Assembly (NCBI GenBank): GCA_012295275.1
Contig: CM022671.1
Coordinates: forward strand, 13,578,001 to 13,642,000
Length of the DNA: 64,000 nucleotides
Source of the DNA: Chrysomallon squamiferum
Lineage: Eukaryota; Animalia; Mollusca
Direction of reading: 5' to 3'
Shown piece after piece: positions 11,001 through 23,868 of the stretch (the first letter of the stretch is position 1; each line of letters starts with the position of its first letter). The notes beneath the pieces are model-generated. The model worked only from the letters and a program-made list of their open reading frames with translations. It was not told the origin of the DNA and ran no database searches. The position numbers and the translations under genes are program-made.

Positions 11001-14000
11001 TGTCAGGACCTGAATAAATTTCTTTTTAAATTAGGTATTACATATTTTTGGTTGTCAAACTAAAATGCTTAAAACATGTTTTGGTGCTTGTCTGCTATAT
11101 AATATTTTAGCTATAATTAGCTGTGTTTTCTCTTTATATTATCTGGAGGGAAAAAAACAAGAATTGGTGTATTGTTTTTATCAAACAAGGCAACTGACAC
11201 TGGTCTTTTGATTTTATTTGAATATTTACAGTCCTGTTTTACTGTATAATAAGTGTTAGAACTACTTGAAATATTACTGTATTCTTTTGTTGTGTATTTT
11301 TTTGTTTATTGACCAAGACAAAAGTTGCTTTGATTTTAGGAAACAAATTTTGCCACAAATAAAATATCTCAGAAGTCTCTGATTACATGTTACACAGAGT
11401 ACTTAATGGCTGTCACAGCTGTTTATTAATTGTATTTCATCTAAACCACTATATATAAATAACAGCTGTTACATAATGTCATTGGTAATGTTTTATCCTG
11501 TGGTTTGGATGTAGATTTTGAGTCTTCATAAACTGATAAAGTAAAGAATGCTGAATGACAGCTCAGTGCATTTCAATATTAAACATTAATCGGTATCTGA
11601 TACACATATATAGTTCTGGCATAGTCTCTTCCACCATTCTCTAAGCAGATTTTATTATCAGCTAGGGTTTATTTTAATGCATCACTTTGAAATAATTTTA
11701 TTTTTATTTTATTTTTTTTACATCCAAATCATGAAGCTTTGAATCAAAACTAAAAGAAAACAGGAACTGAAACAAAAGTAAACAAAAAAAATCCATTAAA
11801 TAAGCTTTTTTAAGTTTTCACATTTATTTAAAGTTTATTCAGTAATAATCTTTGTGTGTGTGTCTGTCACCTGATTATTTCCATTTTTTCTTTAAATAGA
11901 ATGTTTCATATTACCTTATCAAGTGGAAGGGTTGGAGTAGCAAATACAATAGTTGGGAACCAAAAGAAAATCTGAACTGCAAGGATCTCATTGAGACTTT
12001 TCATTCAGCAAACCAGCAAAGGAAGAATTCAAAGTCCAAGAAGAGGCAAAAGCCTATCATGAATGATGCAGACAGATTGAAATACACAAAGAAAAGAAGA
12101 GTGGATGAGCTTTTTGCACAGCTTGTTCGTTCCCCACTGGGGGAGCGCATATCTCCACTGAAGCTTCTTTCACTATCTAGTCCCACTAAATTTAAACCTC
12201 TTATGTACAAAGGTCTTATTACAAACAAAGACAGAAAAGTACCCAAATTCTGCCCAGCACCAAACTATTCGAGTAAACGAAGTAAGAGCTACAGACTAAA
12301 GAAAGCTGAAATTCAGAAAGCTCTTGAGGAATGGGAACTCAAGTTAAACAGTATTTCAATCGATCCAGCTCCAATCAAGGTGGAAAATGAGGTGGATTTG
12401 GAAGGGCCACCTGAGAATTTTGAATACATTGTGGATTATAAAGCAGGGGAAGGAATTGAGATACCCCAAGACCCGCTTGTTGGCTGTGAGTGTACTGACT
12501 GCCTACACAACAAAAAGGGTTGTTGCCCTTCAGCCTGTGGTGCTGAATTTGCTTACTATAGGCACAAAAGGGTTAGAGTGCCAAAAGGCTCACCAATTTA
12601 TGAGTGCAACAAGCGGTGTTTGTGTGATAGTAAATGTCCAAACCGTGTGGTACAGCAGGGCCGTAAACACAAGGTTAGCATCTTCCGCACATCCAATGGA
12701 AGAGGTTGGGGAGTGAAAGCTTTAGAGAATATAAAAAGAGGAACATTTGTCATGGAATATGTCGGAGAGGTATGCTTCATTACTTTGATTATATCTACAG
12801 TGTAAATATTAGTTATTCTGAGGTTTTTTTTAGTCTTCATTATGTTTACTAGTGGCATAAGTTTTTTTCATATTTTATTGTTGTTAAAAATATATTTCAC
12901 TACAATTTTCTACCATCTAATTTGCAATTTTAATACTATAAATACTTAAAAATGAGTGAGTGTGTCTGCACATGTAAAATTATAAAACTTGATCTATGAT
13001 ACATATTAAAATAGGCACATGATTATTAAAGAAGCTTGGAACATTTCAAACATTTTATCATATACTTTTATTAAATATTATTTGTAGTATTTAAATATTT
13101 AAATTTTTGCTGTTCCTTTTGAATGAACAGGTAATCAGTAATGAAGAGGCAGAAAGACGGGGAAAAGTGTATGATGCTGAATGTAGGACTTACCTTTTTG
13201 ATCTTGACTATAATGATGGTGACTGTCCTTTCACAGTAGATGCTGGTTACTATGGCAATGTATCTCATTTTGTCAATCACTCAGTAAGTTTAGTATTTGG
13301 TTATTCTTTATAACCAAATGCACTAAACTTTCCACTCAGTATTTTGAGATGTCTTAAATTACATACAAAACAAATATTTTTTTAATGCAAATATTAGTTA
13401 CAAAGCAACATCTATTGGAAGAGTAGCCTGATATGATGTAAGTGAAAAATCCTTTTCTGCAAACCATTAATTTATTAATTAATTCATCTTAGCATGGTAC
13501 ATCAGGTTTAATAGTTATTGTAAAAATTAAATAGTTACTTTGTTCATAAAAATGTAATTATGCTTTATTTTATAACTGTGAATTTCTCTAAATTTAATTT
13601 GGCAATTATATACCAAGCTAATTGTTTTACAGACTTCTAGTTCTATGGATAAAGAAAAATGTATCAAATAATTTTGTTTATTTTAAAAATAAAAAAATTA
13701 ATGATAATGATTGTCAAATTAAACTCATTTACATTAATTTTATTTGTATATATATATTGGATCTAGGGTAGCAAAATAAAAATAAGTTAATGGGATCTAG
13801 ATCATTTGAACTCAGGACCCTTGTGCATTTTTAATTTTTAATCTATTCTTTCTTTTAGTGTGACCCTAACCTGGAAGTGTATGGTGTGTGGATAAACACC
13901 CTGGATCCACGTTTGCCACGAATTGCCCTATTTGCCCGACGAGATATTCAGAAAGGAGAAGAATTAACATTTGACTACATGATGACTGGTATAATAAAGT

Positions 14001-14708
14001 ACTTTTTGAGTAACAGTAAAATTTGATTATGTTGTTATATTTAATTCTTTTGGATAGATGTCAAGTTTTAATTTGATACATAATTGTATTTTATTGGTGG
14101 GGGGTCTTTCTTTTATTTATTATAATAATGTTAATTGGAATTTTACATTATGCTTAAAATAAAAGTAAAGAAATTATTTTATGCTTATGTTTAAATCTAA
14201 TTTTATATGAAAAAATAAAATAAAAACTATGTTATTTTATTTGTATTGTAATCTGTTTTTCATAATTAAAAAAGATTTTTGTTCCTAAATTTAAAATCCA
14301 TTTTCAGGAGATACCACACTGAAAAATCCTCTTATGACACAGGAAAATTCCCTTGAAAATATGGTGTCAGATCCACCAGATATTTCAAACAGTATAGACA
14401 AAGACACCTCTGATCAGCCACCACAAAAATGTGTTTCTTCACAGGCCAAGATCCAGTCTTCTTTTTTAAGAAACAAGTCGCCAAAAAAATTTACATGCTC
14501 ACCACACAAATATACCTCACCTAAAACATCAATTAAATCGCCACCAAAACAAATGTCATCTCAGATTATTTCTGATGTTGGTGCAGGAAAGGATGGTTCC
14601 ACAAGTGAAGATATCAGTTCTGAAGCAGAAATTCCTATACCTATTAGACAGCAGTATCGAATTGTCTGTCAGTGCGGATCATCTAACTGCAGGAAATATC
14701 TTTTTTAA
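8099..14708 (+). CDS. SUV39H: Histone H3K9 methyltransferase SUV39H (chromo, pre-SET, SET, post-SET), 6 exons
   Basis: Exons 8099-8267, 9864-9943, 11900-12769, 13131-13283, 13859-13988, 14308-14708, all GT-AG and phase-compatible. N-term [19 protein letters not shown] resembles SUV39H2. Chromodomain FEVEDIL...[22 protein letters not shown]; Cys-rich pre-SET; [27 protein letters not shown]; post-[16 protein letters not shown]. Confidence 0.96.
8803..9043. mobile_element. MITE with 14-bp terminal inverted repeats in SUV39H intron 1
   Basis: CATGGCCATAACTA (8803-8816) and TAGTTATGGCCATG (9030-9043) are exact reverse complements. No TSD recognisable. Confidence 0.6.
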
Positions 14709-14881
14709 TTCTTTATGTTGTATCATTGATCACATTTTTATTTTCAATAGAATTTTTATATAAAACAAGGAAAATTTGTTGTATTATTTGACCATGTTTG
14801 TGTTTTTAAACTTTTCCATATTACATTAAAAAAAACCCCAGATATTATTATTAGAAAAATTTTAACAATATGTCTTTCTTT

Positions 14882-14883
<2 letters not shown>

Positions 14884-14927
<44 letters not shown>
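14884..14927. repeat. (CA)n microsatellite
   Basis: Pure CA run. Similar runs at ~25414, ~37277 and ~38514. Confidence 0.95.
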
Positions 14928-14929
<2 letters not shown>

Positions 14930-16026
14930 TATACATATATAGTTCTTACAAATATATATTTTTAATGATAAACAGGGAAAGAGGATATATTTTATTTTAT
15001 TTTTTAATGTTACTTACATAGTACACTCTCTCATTGCTATATATAGTAAATTGGGTATTTCTCAACTTCACAATGTAGACCAAGAGAGAGATGATGTGAT
15101 ATAGTTGCACATGATATGGGTCCAATATAACTAAATATTAATAAATCTTTTAATGAAATACATAACATGAATGATTTTCTTTATTATTTTAAGATAGGAA
15201 TATATCTAATCTTGTATGTCATTGGCAAATGTGAAGAAAGATTTGTCTAATGTTGTAAGATGAATTCATTTTTATAGATGTATCACAGAATGTATTAACT
15301 GGTTAATATTGTTTTAAATAGAAAAACAAATTAATTACTTGTTTGCTGTTTTAATTTTAATTTTATTTTTTATTTTTTTTAACTTTCTTTTTATATGTAC
15401 AAAAATTAATGCTACATGATCAGCTGCTTTGTTGTATGTCAAAACCTAGATTTTGACTAATTTTCATTACATCTTTAAAACTGTTGAAAAGTGTTTCCTT
15501 TCATAGATGCACTGGATAAATATGTATCAACTGACAGAAATGTCCAACTTTTTTTTTTTTTTTTTTTTTTTTATGAAGTATGGCAAAACTTAAATTCTGA
15601 AAAATATAATGATTTCATAATGTATAAAATACTGAACTTAGAAAAGACCAGTTAAGACATACTGAATATCATATTTACATTTATTAATACTTTATAACAT
15701 ATTTTATTTATTAATGTCTATTCCTGAAGTGCCTTTCATTTTCTATGTCACTAGCTGTTTACTGCATTTTATATGTTGTTTAAAATAAAACGGTTGGTGA
15801 TAGAGATTCTGAAAAAAAATGAAATTTTAGCAAGAAATTTTCTTTTTTTTTTAACAAGTATTTTATTATATATTTTTAAAATTTACACATACACACACAC
15901 ACACACTAATATGGTATAGTCATGTTAGAATTTGTTTGGTGAAAAAAATAGAGCAAAATATATGTTTACACTTTTAAATGATTTTAATAATGTTGCTTTT
16001 ATTCTTTTGAATTTGTATTTGCACAA

Positions 16027-19000
16027 AACTACATTTAAAATATTTAATGTCTGTTAAACGTTCAAACATTTTTATGGATGCAAGCATTAAAATATTTTTT
16101 CATCCATGGGTTTCATCAGTATTTATAGATGTACACTATTCTTAGTACAAAATGAAATTGATCCTATTTTGTTGTTTTTTTTTTTTATTATTCTTTAATA
16201 GATAATGTTAAATAAATATGTAAAATTATAATAAAATAATAACAATAAGAATATATTATACAATGAAATTTATTATACAATAAAATTTATTATACTGTAA
16301 TTATGTCTTAAAAGTAATCAGTTAATTATATCAAATGCTGTTTTATTTAACATTCAAATGTATTTAATATTCTTCAGATTGTGAATACTTTACCATGAAA
16401 AAAATGACGAAGGTATAGAATGAAATTCAAATTAGACATGAGATATCCTTTTCTAATTCTCTGAAATGCCTTTTGATATTGGGGCAGTTGTTAACACAGA
16501 AATCAGTCAACATTTAAAATATTTAATGTCTGTTAAATGTTAAAACATTTTTATGGGTGCAAGCATTAAAATATTGTTTTCATCCATGGGTTTCATTAGT
16601 ATTTATAGATGTACACTATATTTAGTAGAAAATGAAATTGATGCTATTGTTTTGTTTTATTTTTTATTATTGTTTAATAGATAATGTAAAAATAAATATG
16701 TAAAATTTTAATAGAATAACAATAAGAATATATTATACAATGAAATTTATTATACTGTAATTATGTCTTAAAAGTAATCAGTTAATTATATCAAATGCTG
16801 TTTTATTTAACATTCAAATGTATTTAATATTCTTCAGATTGTGAATACTTTACCATGAAAAAAATGACGAAGGTATAGAATGAAATTCAAATTAGACATG
16901 AGATATCCTTTTCTAATTCTCTGAAATGCCTTTTGATATTGGGGCAGTTGTTAACACAGAAATTGTTTTATTTTTTATTATTCTTTAATAGATAATATAA
17001 AAATAAATATGTAAAATTTTAATAAAATAATAACACTAAGAATATATTATACAATGAAATTTATTATACTGTAATTGTCTTAAAAGTAATTGGTTAATTA
17101 TATCAAATGCTGTTTTATTTAACATTCAAATGTATTTAATATTCTTCAGATTGTGAATACTTTACCATGAAAAAAATGACGAAGATGATATAATGAAATT
17201 CAAATTAGAAATTAGATATCCTTTCTAATTCTCTGAAAAACCTTTTGATACTGGGGCAGTTGTTAACACAGAAATCAGTCAACATTTAAAATATTTAATG
17301 TTTGTTAAATGTTAAAACATTTTTATGGATGCAAGCATTAAAATATTGTTTTCATCCATGGATTTCATTAGTATTTATAGATGTACACTATATTTAGTAG
17401 AAAATGAAATTGATGCTGTTGTTTTGTTGTTTTATTTTTTTATTATTCTTTAATAGATAATGTAAAAAAATAAATATGTAAAATTTTAATAAAATAATAA
17501 CACTAAGAATATATTATACAATGAAATTTATTATACTGTAATTGTCTTAAAAGTAATTGGTTAATTATATCAAATGCTGTTTTATTTAACATTTAAATGT
17601 ATTTAATATTCTTCAGATTGTGAATACTTTACCATGAAAAAAATGATGAAATTCAAATTAGACATGAGATATTCTTTCTATTTCTCTGAAAAGCCTTTTG
17701 ACATAGGGGCAGTTGTTAACATGAATCAGTCAACATTTAAAATATTTAATGTCTGTTAAATGTTAAAACATTTTTATGGATACAAGCATTAAAATATTGT
17801 TTTCATCCATGGATTTCATTAGTATTTATAGATGTACACTATATTTAGTAGAAAATGAAATTGATGCTATTGTTTTGTTGTTTTATTTTTTATTATTGTT
17901 TAATAGATAATGTAAAAATAAATATGTAAAATTTTAATAGAATAACAATAAGAATATATTATACAATGAAATTTATTATACTGTAATTATGTCTTAAAAG
18001 TAATCAGTTAATTATATCAAATGCTGTTTTATTTAACATTCAAATGTATTTAATATTCTTCAGATTGTGAATACTTTACCATGAAAAAAATGACGAAGAT
18101 GATATAATGAAATTCAAATTAGAAATTAGATATCCTTTCTAATTCTCTGAAAAACCTTTTGATATTGGGGCAGTTGTTAACACAGAAATCAGTCAACATT
18201 TAAAATATTTAATGTTTGTTAAATGTTAAAACATTTTTATGGATGCAAGCATTAAAATATTGTTTTCATCCATGGATTTCATTAGTATTTATAGATGTAC
18301 ACTATATTTAGTAGAAAATGAAATTGATGCTGTTGTTTTGTTGTTTTATTTTTTTATTATTCTTTAATAGATAATGTAAAAATAAATATGTAAAATTTTA
18401 ATAAAATAATAACACTAAGAATATATTATACAATGAAATTTATTATACTGTAATTGTCTTAAAAGTAATTGGTTAATTATATCAAATGCTGTTTTATTTA
18501 ACATTTAAATGTATTTAATATTCTTCAGATTGTGAATACTTTACCATGAAAAAATGATGAAATTCAAATTAGACATGAGATATTCTTTCTAATTCTCTGA
18601 AAAGCCTTTTGACATAGGGGCAGTTGTTAACATGAATCAGTCAACATTTAAAATATTTAATGTCTGTTAAATGTTAAAACATTTTTATGGATACAAGAAT
18701 TAAAATATTGTTTTCATCCATGGATTTCATTAGTATTTATAGATGTACACTATATTTAGTAGAAAATGAAATTGATGCTATTGTTTTGTTGTTTTATTTT
18801 TTATTATTGTTTAATAGATAATGTAAAAATAAATATGTAAAATTTTAATAGAATAACAATAAGAATATATTATACAATGAAATTTATTATACTGTAATTA
18901 TGTCTTAAAAGTAATCAGTTAATTATATCAAATGCTGTTTTATTTAACATTCAAATGTATTTAATATTCTTCAGATTGTGAATACTTTACCATGAAAAAA

Positions 19001-21060
19001 ATGACGAAGATGATATAATGAAATTCAAATTAGAAATTAGTAATCCTTTCTAATTCTCTGAAAAACCTTTTGATATTGGGGCAGTTGTTAACACAGAAAT
19101 TGTTTTATTTTTTATTATTCTTTAATAGATAATATAAAAATAAATATGTAAAATTTTAATAAAATAATAACACTAAGAATATATTATACAATGAAATTTA
19201 TTATACTGTAATTGTCTTAAAAGTAATTGGTTAATTATATCAAATGCTGTTTTATTTAACATTCAAATGTATTTAATATTCTTCAGATTGTGAATACTTT
19301 ACCATGAAAAAAATGACGAAGATGATATAATGAAATTCAAATTAGAAATTAGATATCCTTTCTAATTCTCTGAAAAACCTTTTGATACTGGGGCAGTTGT
19401 TAACACAGAAATCAGTCAACATTTAAAATATTTAATGTTTGTTAAATGTTAAAACATTTTTATGGATGCAAGCATTAAAATATTGTTTTCATCCATGGAT
19501 TTCATTAGTATTTATAGATGTACACTATATTTAGTAGAAAAATGAAATTGATGCTGTTGTTTTGTTGTTTTATTTTTATTATTCTTTAATAGATAATGTA
19601 AAAAAATAAATATGTAAAATTTTAATAAAATAATAACACTAAGAATATATTATACAATGAAATTTATTATACTGTAATTGTCTTAAAAGTAATTGGTTAA
19701 TTATATCAAATGCTGTTTTATTTAACATTTAAATGTATTTAATATTCATCAGATTGTGAATACTTTACCATGAAAAAATGATGAAATTCAAATTAGACAT
19801 GAGATATTCTTTCTAATTCTCTGAAAAGCCTTTTGACATAGGGGCAGTTGTTAACACGAATCAGTCAACATTTAAAATATTTAATGTCTGTTAAATGTTA
19901 AAACATTTTTATGGATACAAGCATTAAAATATTGTTTTCATCCATGGATTTCATTAGTATTTATAGATGTACACTATATTTAGTAGAAAATGAAATTGAT
20001 GCTATTGTTTTATTTTTTATTATTGTTTAATAGATAATGTAAAAAAAAATATGTAAAATTTTAATAGAATAACAATAAGAATATATTATACAATGAAATT
20101 TATTATACTGTAATTATGTCTTAAAAGTAATCAGTTAATTATATCAAATGCTGTTTTATTTAACATTCAAATGTATTTAATATTCTTCAGATTGTGAATA
20201 CTTTACCATGAAAAAAATGACGAAGGTATAGAATGAAATTCAAATTAGACATGAGATATCCTTTTCTAATTCTCTGAAATGCCTTTTGATATTGGGGCAG
20301 TTGTTAACACAGAAATTGTTTTATTTTTTATTATTCTTTAATAGATAATATAAAAATAAATATGTAAAATTTTAATAAAATAATAACACTAAGAATATAT
20401 TATACAATGAAATTTATTATACTGTAATTGTCTTAAAAGTAATTGGTTAATTATATCAAATGCTGTTTTATTTAACATTCAAATGTATTTAATATTCTTC
20501 AGATTGTGAATACTTTACCATGAAAAAATGATGAAATTCAAATTAGACATGAGGTATCCTTTCTAATTCTCTGAAAAGCCTTTTGACATAGGGGCAGTTG
20601 TTAACGAATCAGTCAACATTTAAAATATTTAATGTCTTAAATGTTAAAACATTTTTATGGATGCAAGCATTAAAATATTTTTTATTTCATGGGTTTCATT
20701 AGTATTTATAGATGTATACAGTATTTAGTAGAAAATGAAATTGATGCTATTGTTTTGTTGTTTTATTCTTTAATTGATAATGTAAAAATAAATGTGTAAA
20801 ATTATAATAAAATAATAACAATAAGAGTATATTATACAATGAAATTTATTATCCTTTAATTATGACTTAGAAGTAATCGGTTAATTATATCAAATGCTTT
20901 TTTTTTTTATTTAACATTCAAATGTATTTAATATTCTTCAGATTGTGAATACTTTACCATGAAAAAAATGATAATGATGATATATTACGAAAATCAAATT
21001 AGAAATCAGATATCCTTTCGAATTCTCAGAAACGCCTTTTGATATTGGTGCAGTTGTCAA
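16027..21060 (+). repeat. AT-rich tandem satellite array, 12 units (nine of ~450-470 bp, three deleted units of ~297-312 bp), with higher-order structure
   Basis: Marker GGGGCAGTTGTTAAC at 16481, 16941, 17253, 17706, 18167, 18617, 19078, 19390, 19841, 20294, 20591 and a degenerate copy at 21047. Spacings 460, 312, 453, 461, 450, 461, 312, 451, 453, 297, 456. Confidence 0.97.
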
Positions 21061-21954
21061 TGTAGTAGAGAGAAGTTGCATGTCACAGAAGTGATTGGCT
21101 CTGTGATGTAATATGTATGTCAGTTGTAATAAAATATAAAACTAAATGTTTGTTTGATTTTGTTAATTATTTCAGTTCTATAATTGTTCATTACACTTAG
21201 AATAATGTAATTCAGATATTTTAGCCATAGTATATTAATTGTTCTTTATTCATTTTGACTGAAGAATCTACAACTTCATAATTATCAGTAACAGTTGAAT
21301 TAAAATAAGTTGAAACAACTGAGACCAAAGATCAAAATTAACAAAACAAAGACCAATACAGAGGTTGAAAGAAAAGAAGACAAAACATTTATCTATAAAG
21401 ATGTTTTTCAACTTTTTAGATTTTGTTTCCTTCTTTCTAAAAATAAATTGTACTGTTCAAAATTTTAGCTAAAACAAGCTTTAGCATTGAATTTACTGAT
21501 TTTTTGGCATCACAATTTTTTGATTATCTGATGGAAATGTATGTTTTAAGCTTGAAAGACTGTTCTCCAGATTACTCTAAATTAACCTTGACTTTCAATT
21601 AAGTTAAGGCACTAGGGAAACCATACTAATTGCTGCTGGCAGGAAATGAATAATCTGATACACATTAATAAGGACTGCATTTTGGTATGAAGAAAGTTTG
21701 GAAATGTAACTTCATTATAAGACATGAGCAAAGGCTGAGCATTTTCACTTGATGTGTGTTGATATTTATTCCATAGTGTATGTCATAGTTCTGTTATGTA
21801 GGAGTTGTGGAAACAATGTAAAGGGTCTCAGGATGTATGTGTTATATACAGGTCTGTGTAAATTTTACAGGCATAGATTAGGTTTCCAGCAAAATTTCCT
21901 TTTTTTCTCTTTTTTTTTTATAAGAAATGGTTTTATCGTAAACACTGTAGCACA

Positions 21955-21956
<2 letters not shown>

Positions 21957-22006
<50 letters not shown>

Positions 22007-22186
22007 AATCAGTTTTTGTATAATAATACAATCTTATTTTTTTATTATTATTTTATTTAATGTTTTTTCGTCATTTTCATTTCGTACTGGGAAAGGAAAG
22101 AAAAACAACAAAACGTTGCCGTAAATGTTTTCTTTACACAAAACAAAATAAAATTTGATAAATTGGAAATACTATTTTTCAAACGC

Positions 22187-22243
<57 letters not shown>
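21957..22243. repeat. Two (TTA)n microsatellites upstream of LAS1L
   Basis: TTA runs at ~21957-22003 and ~22187-22243. Confidence 0.9.
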
Positions 22244-22247
<4 letters not shown>

Positions 22248-22272
22248 GCTTAGCATTCTACTTTTTATTAGT

Positions 22273-23868
22273 ATGGATCTCCAAGGTACGAAGGAATTAC
22301 AAAACGGAAGAGTGAATATCAATATGGCTGCGTTCAAGAGAACCTCGGAACAATCAACAAAAGTGGTTCCATGGTTTGATAAAAATGAATTTTTTGATGT
22401 TTACGATGGTTTATTCAGCGATAATCTGCATCTAAGGAGATCAGCTATTAAAAAAATAACTGTCTGGAAAAGCCGTGTTCATCAAGATTTGTCAATTGCC
22501 ATCGAAAGCACTGCAGCTTTAATGTCAGTGCTGTGCAATCACGAAGAAGCGCAAACACAAGGCTCAGTTCATGACGAAGATGAAAAACTTCGTTATCTGT
22601 ACAGTATGGCATTAATACGGTTTGTTAACCATGTGACCGAAAGAGGCCAGAACAAAATTTGTGCCGTGCCAATTCATGAGCTAGCTGAACAATATGGCAT
22701 TCCTCAATGGATGGTTCGACTTCGGCACGAAGCAACGCATGGAAACTTGCCATCGATAGATATGCTATATTCTGGAGCTTTAACGGCATTACAATGGTTA
22801 CATTCTGACTTTTGGATTGGTCATGTTTCGAAGCCTCCGTCGAACGATCTAATCGAATTAGCAGATAAAAACGTGGATTCAACTACTGATAAACAGTTTC
22901 TGGGAATTTTGAAGACATTTGCAGATGAAAGATGCAAGCAGCTGCTTACATCTCAGAATACTCATTTGTATGATCCATATAGAGTGCTAACAGATGAAGT
23001 TAAAAATATGTTAATGGTGATGGGTAAAACTGAATTAATAACTAGCATTTTAAATAATCACATAGTGTTTTCTAACCAATATTTTCAAGGTTTGGAAATC
23101 AGTGAAAATAACATTTTACATTTAGATACACTGTTATTACCTGAAAAATTGTTTGATTTATGGTATCCACTGATAGTCACACTGAAGATTTTAAAATTAT
23201 TGCCATTTTTCTGTGAGCAGATGATTCATGCACTGGACAATGAAAATAAAATTAAAAACCATTTGATTGCAGGCTGGTTGATAGTAATTTGCAATGGGAA
23301 TCACAATGGTAAGAAACTGTTCAAAGGAAAATGTAACCTTCCTTGGTTGTCACTGTTCAAACTATGCCTTCAAAATCCGAACAAGTTTACAAGGAAGATT
23401 GCAGAGGTATTACTTAGTAAAATGGATAGTGATGATTTACAAAAGAAAACAAAAATATTTGAAGACCTGTTGCACATTTATTTTTCTGATGGTAAACACA
23501 CAAGACAGAACTGCAGTGATGAGACCATTTACAGTGTTGCAGACATTCTGGCAAAGGTGCAGTCATGTAAGAATGCCACTTTGGATGTAGAATCTCCACA
23601 GATTACCAAAAGATGGCAATTGAGCAGCATTCATTTTAACTGGTCATCAGTTCCACTGGGGCTTCTTCCACATCAGAATATTACTTACAAATGTTTTGAG
23701 GTTGGTGATATTTCTTCTGATCAGTATTATCACATGGACGTTGATGAAGAAAGCAGATGTGGTTATGATGACACTGCAGATACAGATACAGAAACAGAAA
23801 GCAGTACCAAAACCTCATGGCCTGTAGAATACACCAATGTATTGAAGAAAACAATTGTTTTGTTCTGA
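22273..23868 (+). CDS. LAS1L: Ribosome biogenesis endonuclease LAS1-like, intronless (true start may be the in-frame ATG at 22324)
   Basis: Las1 domain motifs VVPW...EF..VY, WKSR, AIESTA, YSMALIRFVN, LA..GIPQWMVRLRHEATHGNLPS, including the HEPN RxxxxH catalytic motif (RHEATH). C-terminal W...W..VPLGLLP motif. AATAAA at 23880. Confidence 0.93.
   Translation: MDLQGTKELQNGRVNINMAAFKRTSEQSTKVVPWFDKNEFFDVYDGLFSDNLHLRRSAIKKITVWKSRVHQDLSIAIESTAALMSVLCNHEEAQTQGSVHDEDEKLRYLYSMALIRFVNHVTERGQNKICAVPIHELAEQYGIPQWMVRLRHEATHGNLPSIDMLYSGALTALQWLHSDFWIGHVSKPPSNDLIELADKNVDSTTDKQFLGILKTFADERCKQLLTSQNTHLYDPYRVLTDEVKNMLMVMGKTELITSILNNHIVFSNQYFQGLEISENNILHLDTLLLPEKLFDLWYPLIVTLKILKLLPFFCEQMIHALDNENKIKNHLIAGWLIVICNGNHNGKKLFKGKCNLPWLSLFKLCLQNPNKFTRKIAEVLLSKMDSDDLQKKTKIFEDLLHIYFSDGKHTRQNCSDETIYSVADILAKVQSCKNATLDVESPQITKRWQLSSIHFNWSSVPLGLLPHQNITYKCFEVGDISSDQYYHMDVDEESRCGYDDTADTDTETESSTKTSWPVEYTNVLKKTIVLF

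Noticed and set aside
8099-14708. Su(var)3-9/eIF2-gamma shared-exon fusion as in insects
   Set aside because: The gene has its own SUV39H-type first exon and I found no eIF2-gamma exons in the window.
17643-17690. C/D-box snoRNA-like motif (ATGATGA...CTGA) in satellite units
   Set aside because: The C-to-D distance is only ~45-60 nt, there is no terminal stem or recognisable rRNA antisense element, and the C box is not constant across units.
16027-21060. Satellite as a CRISPR array or a coding repeat
   Set aside because: Units are 300-470 bp with no unique spacers, the context is eukaryotic, and there are no ORFs or cas genes.
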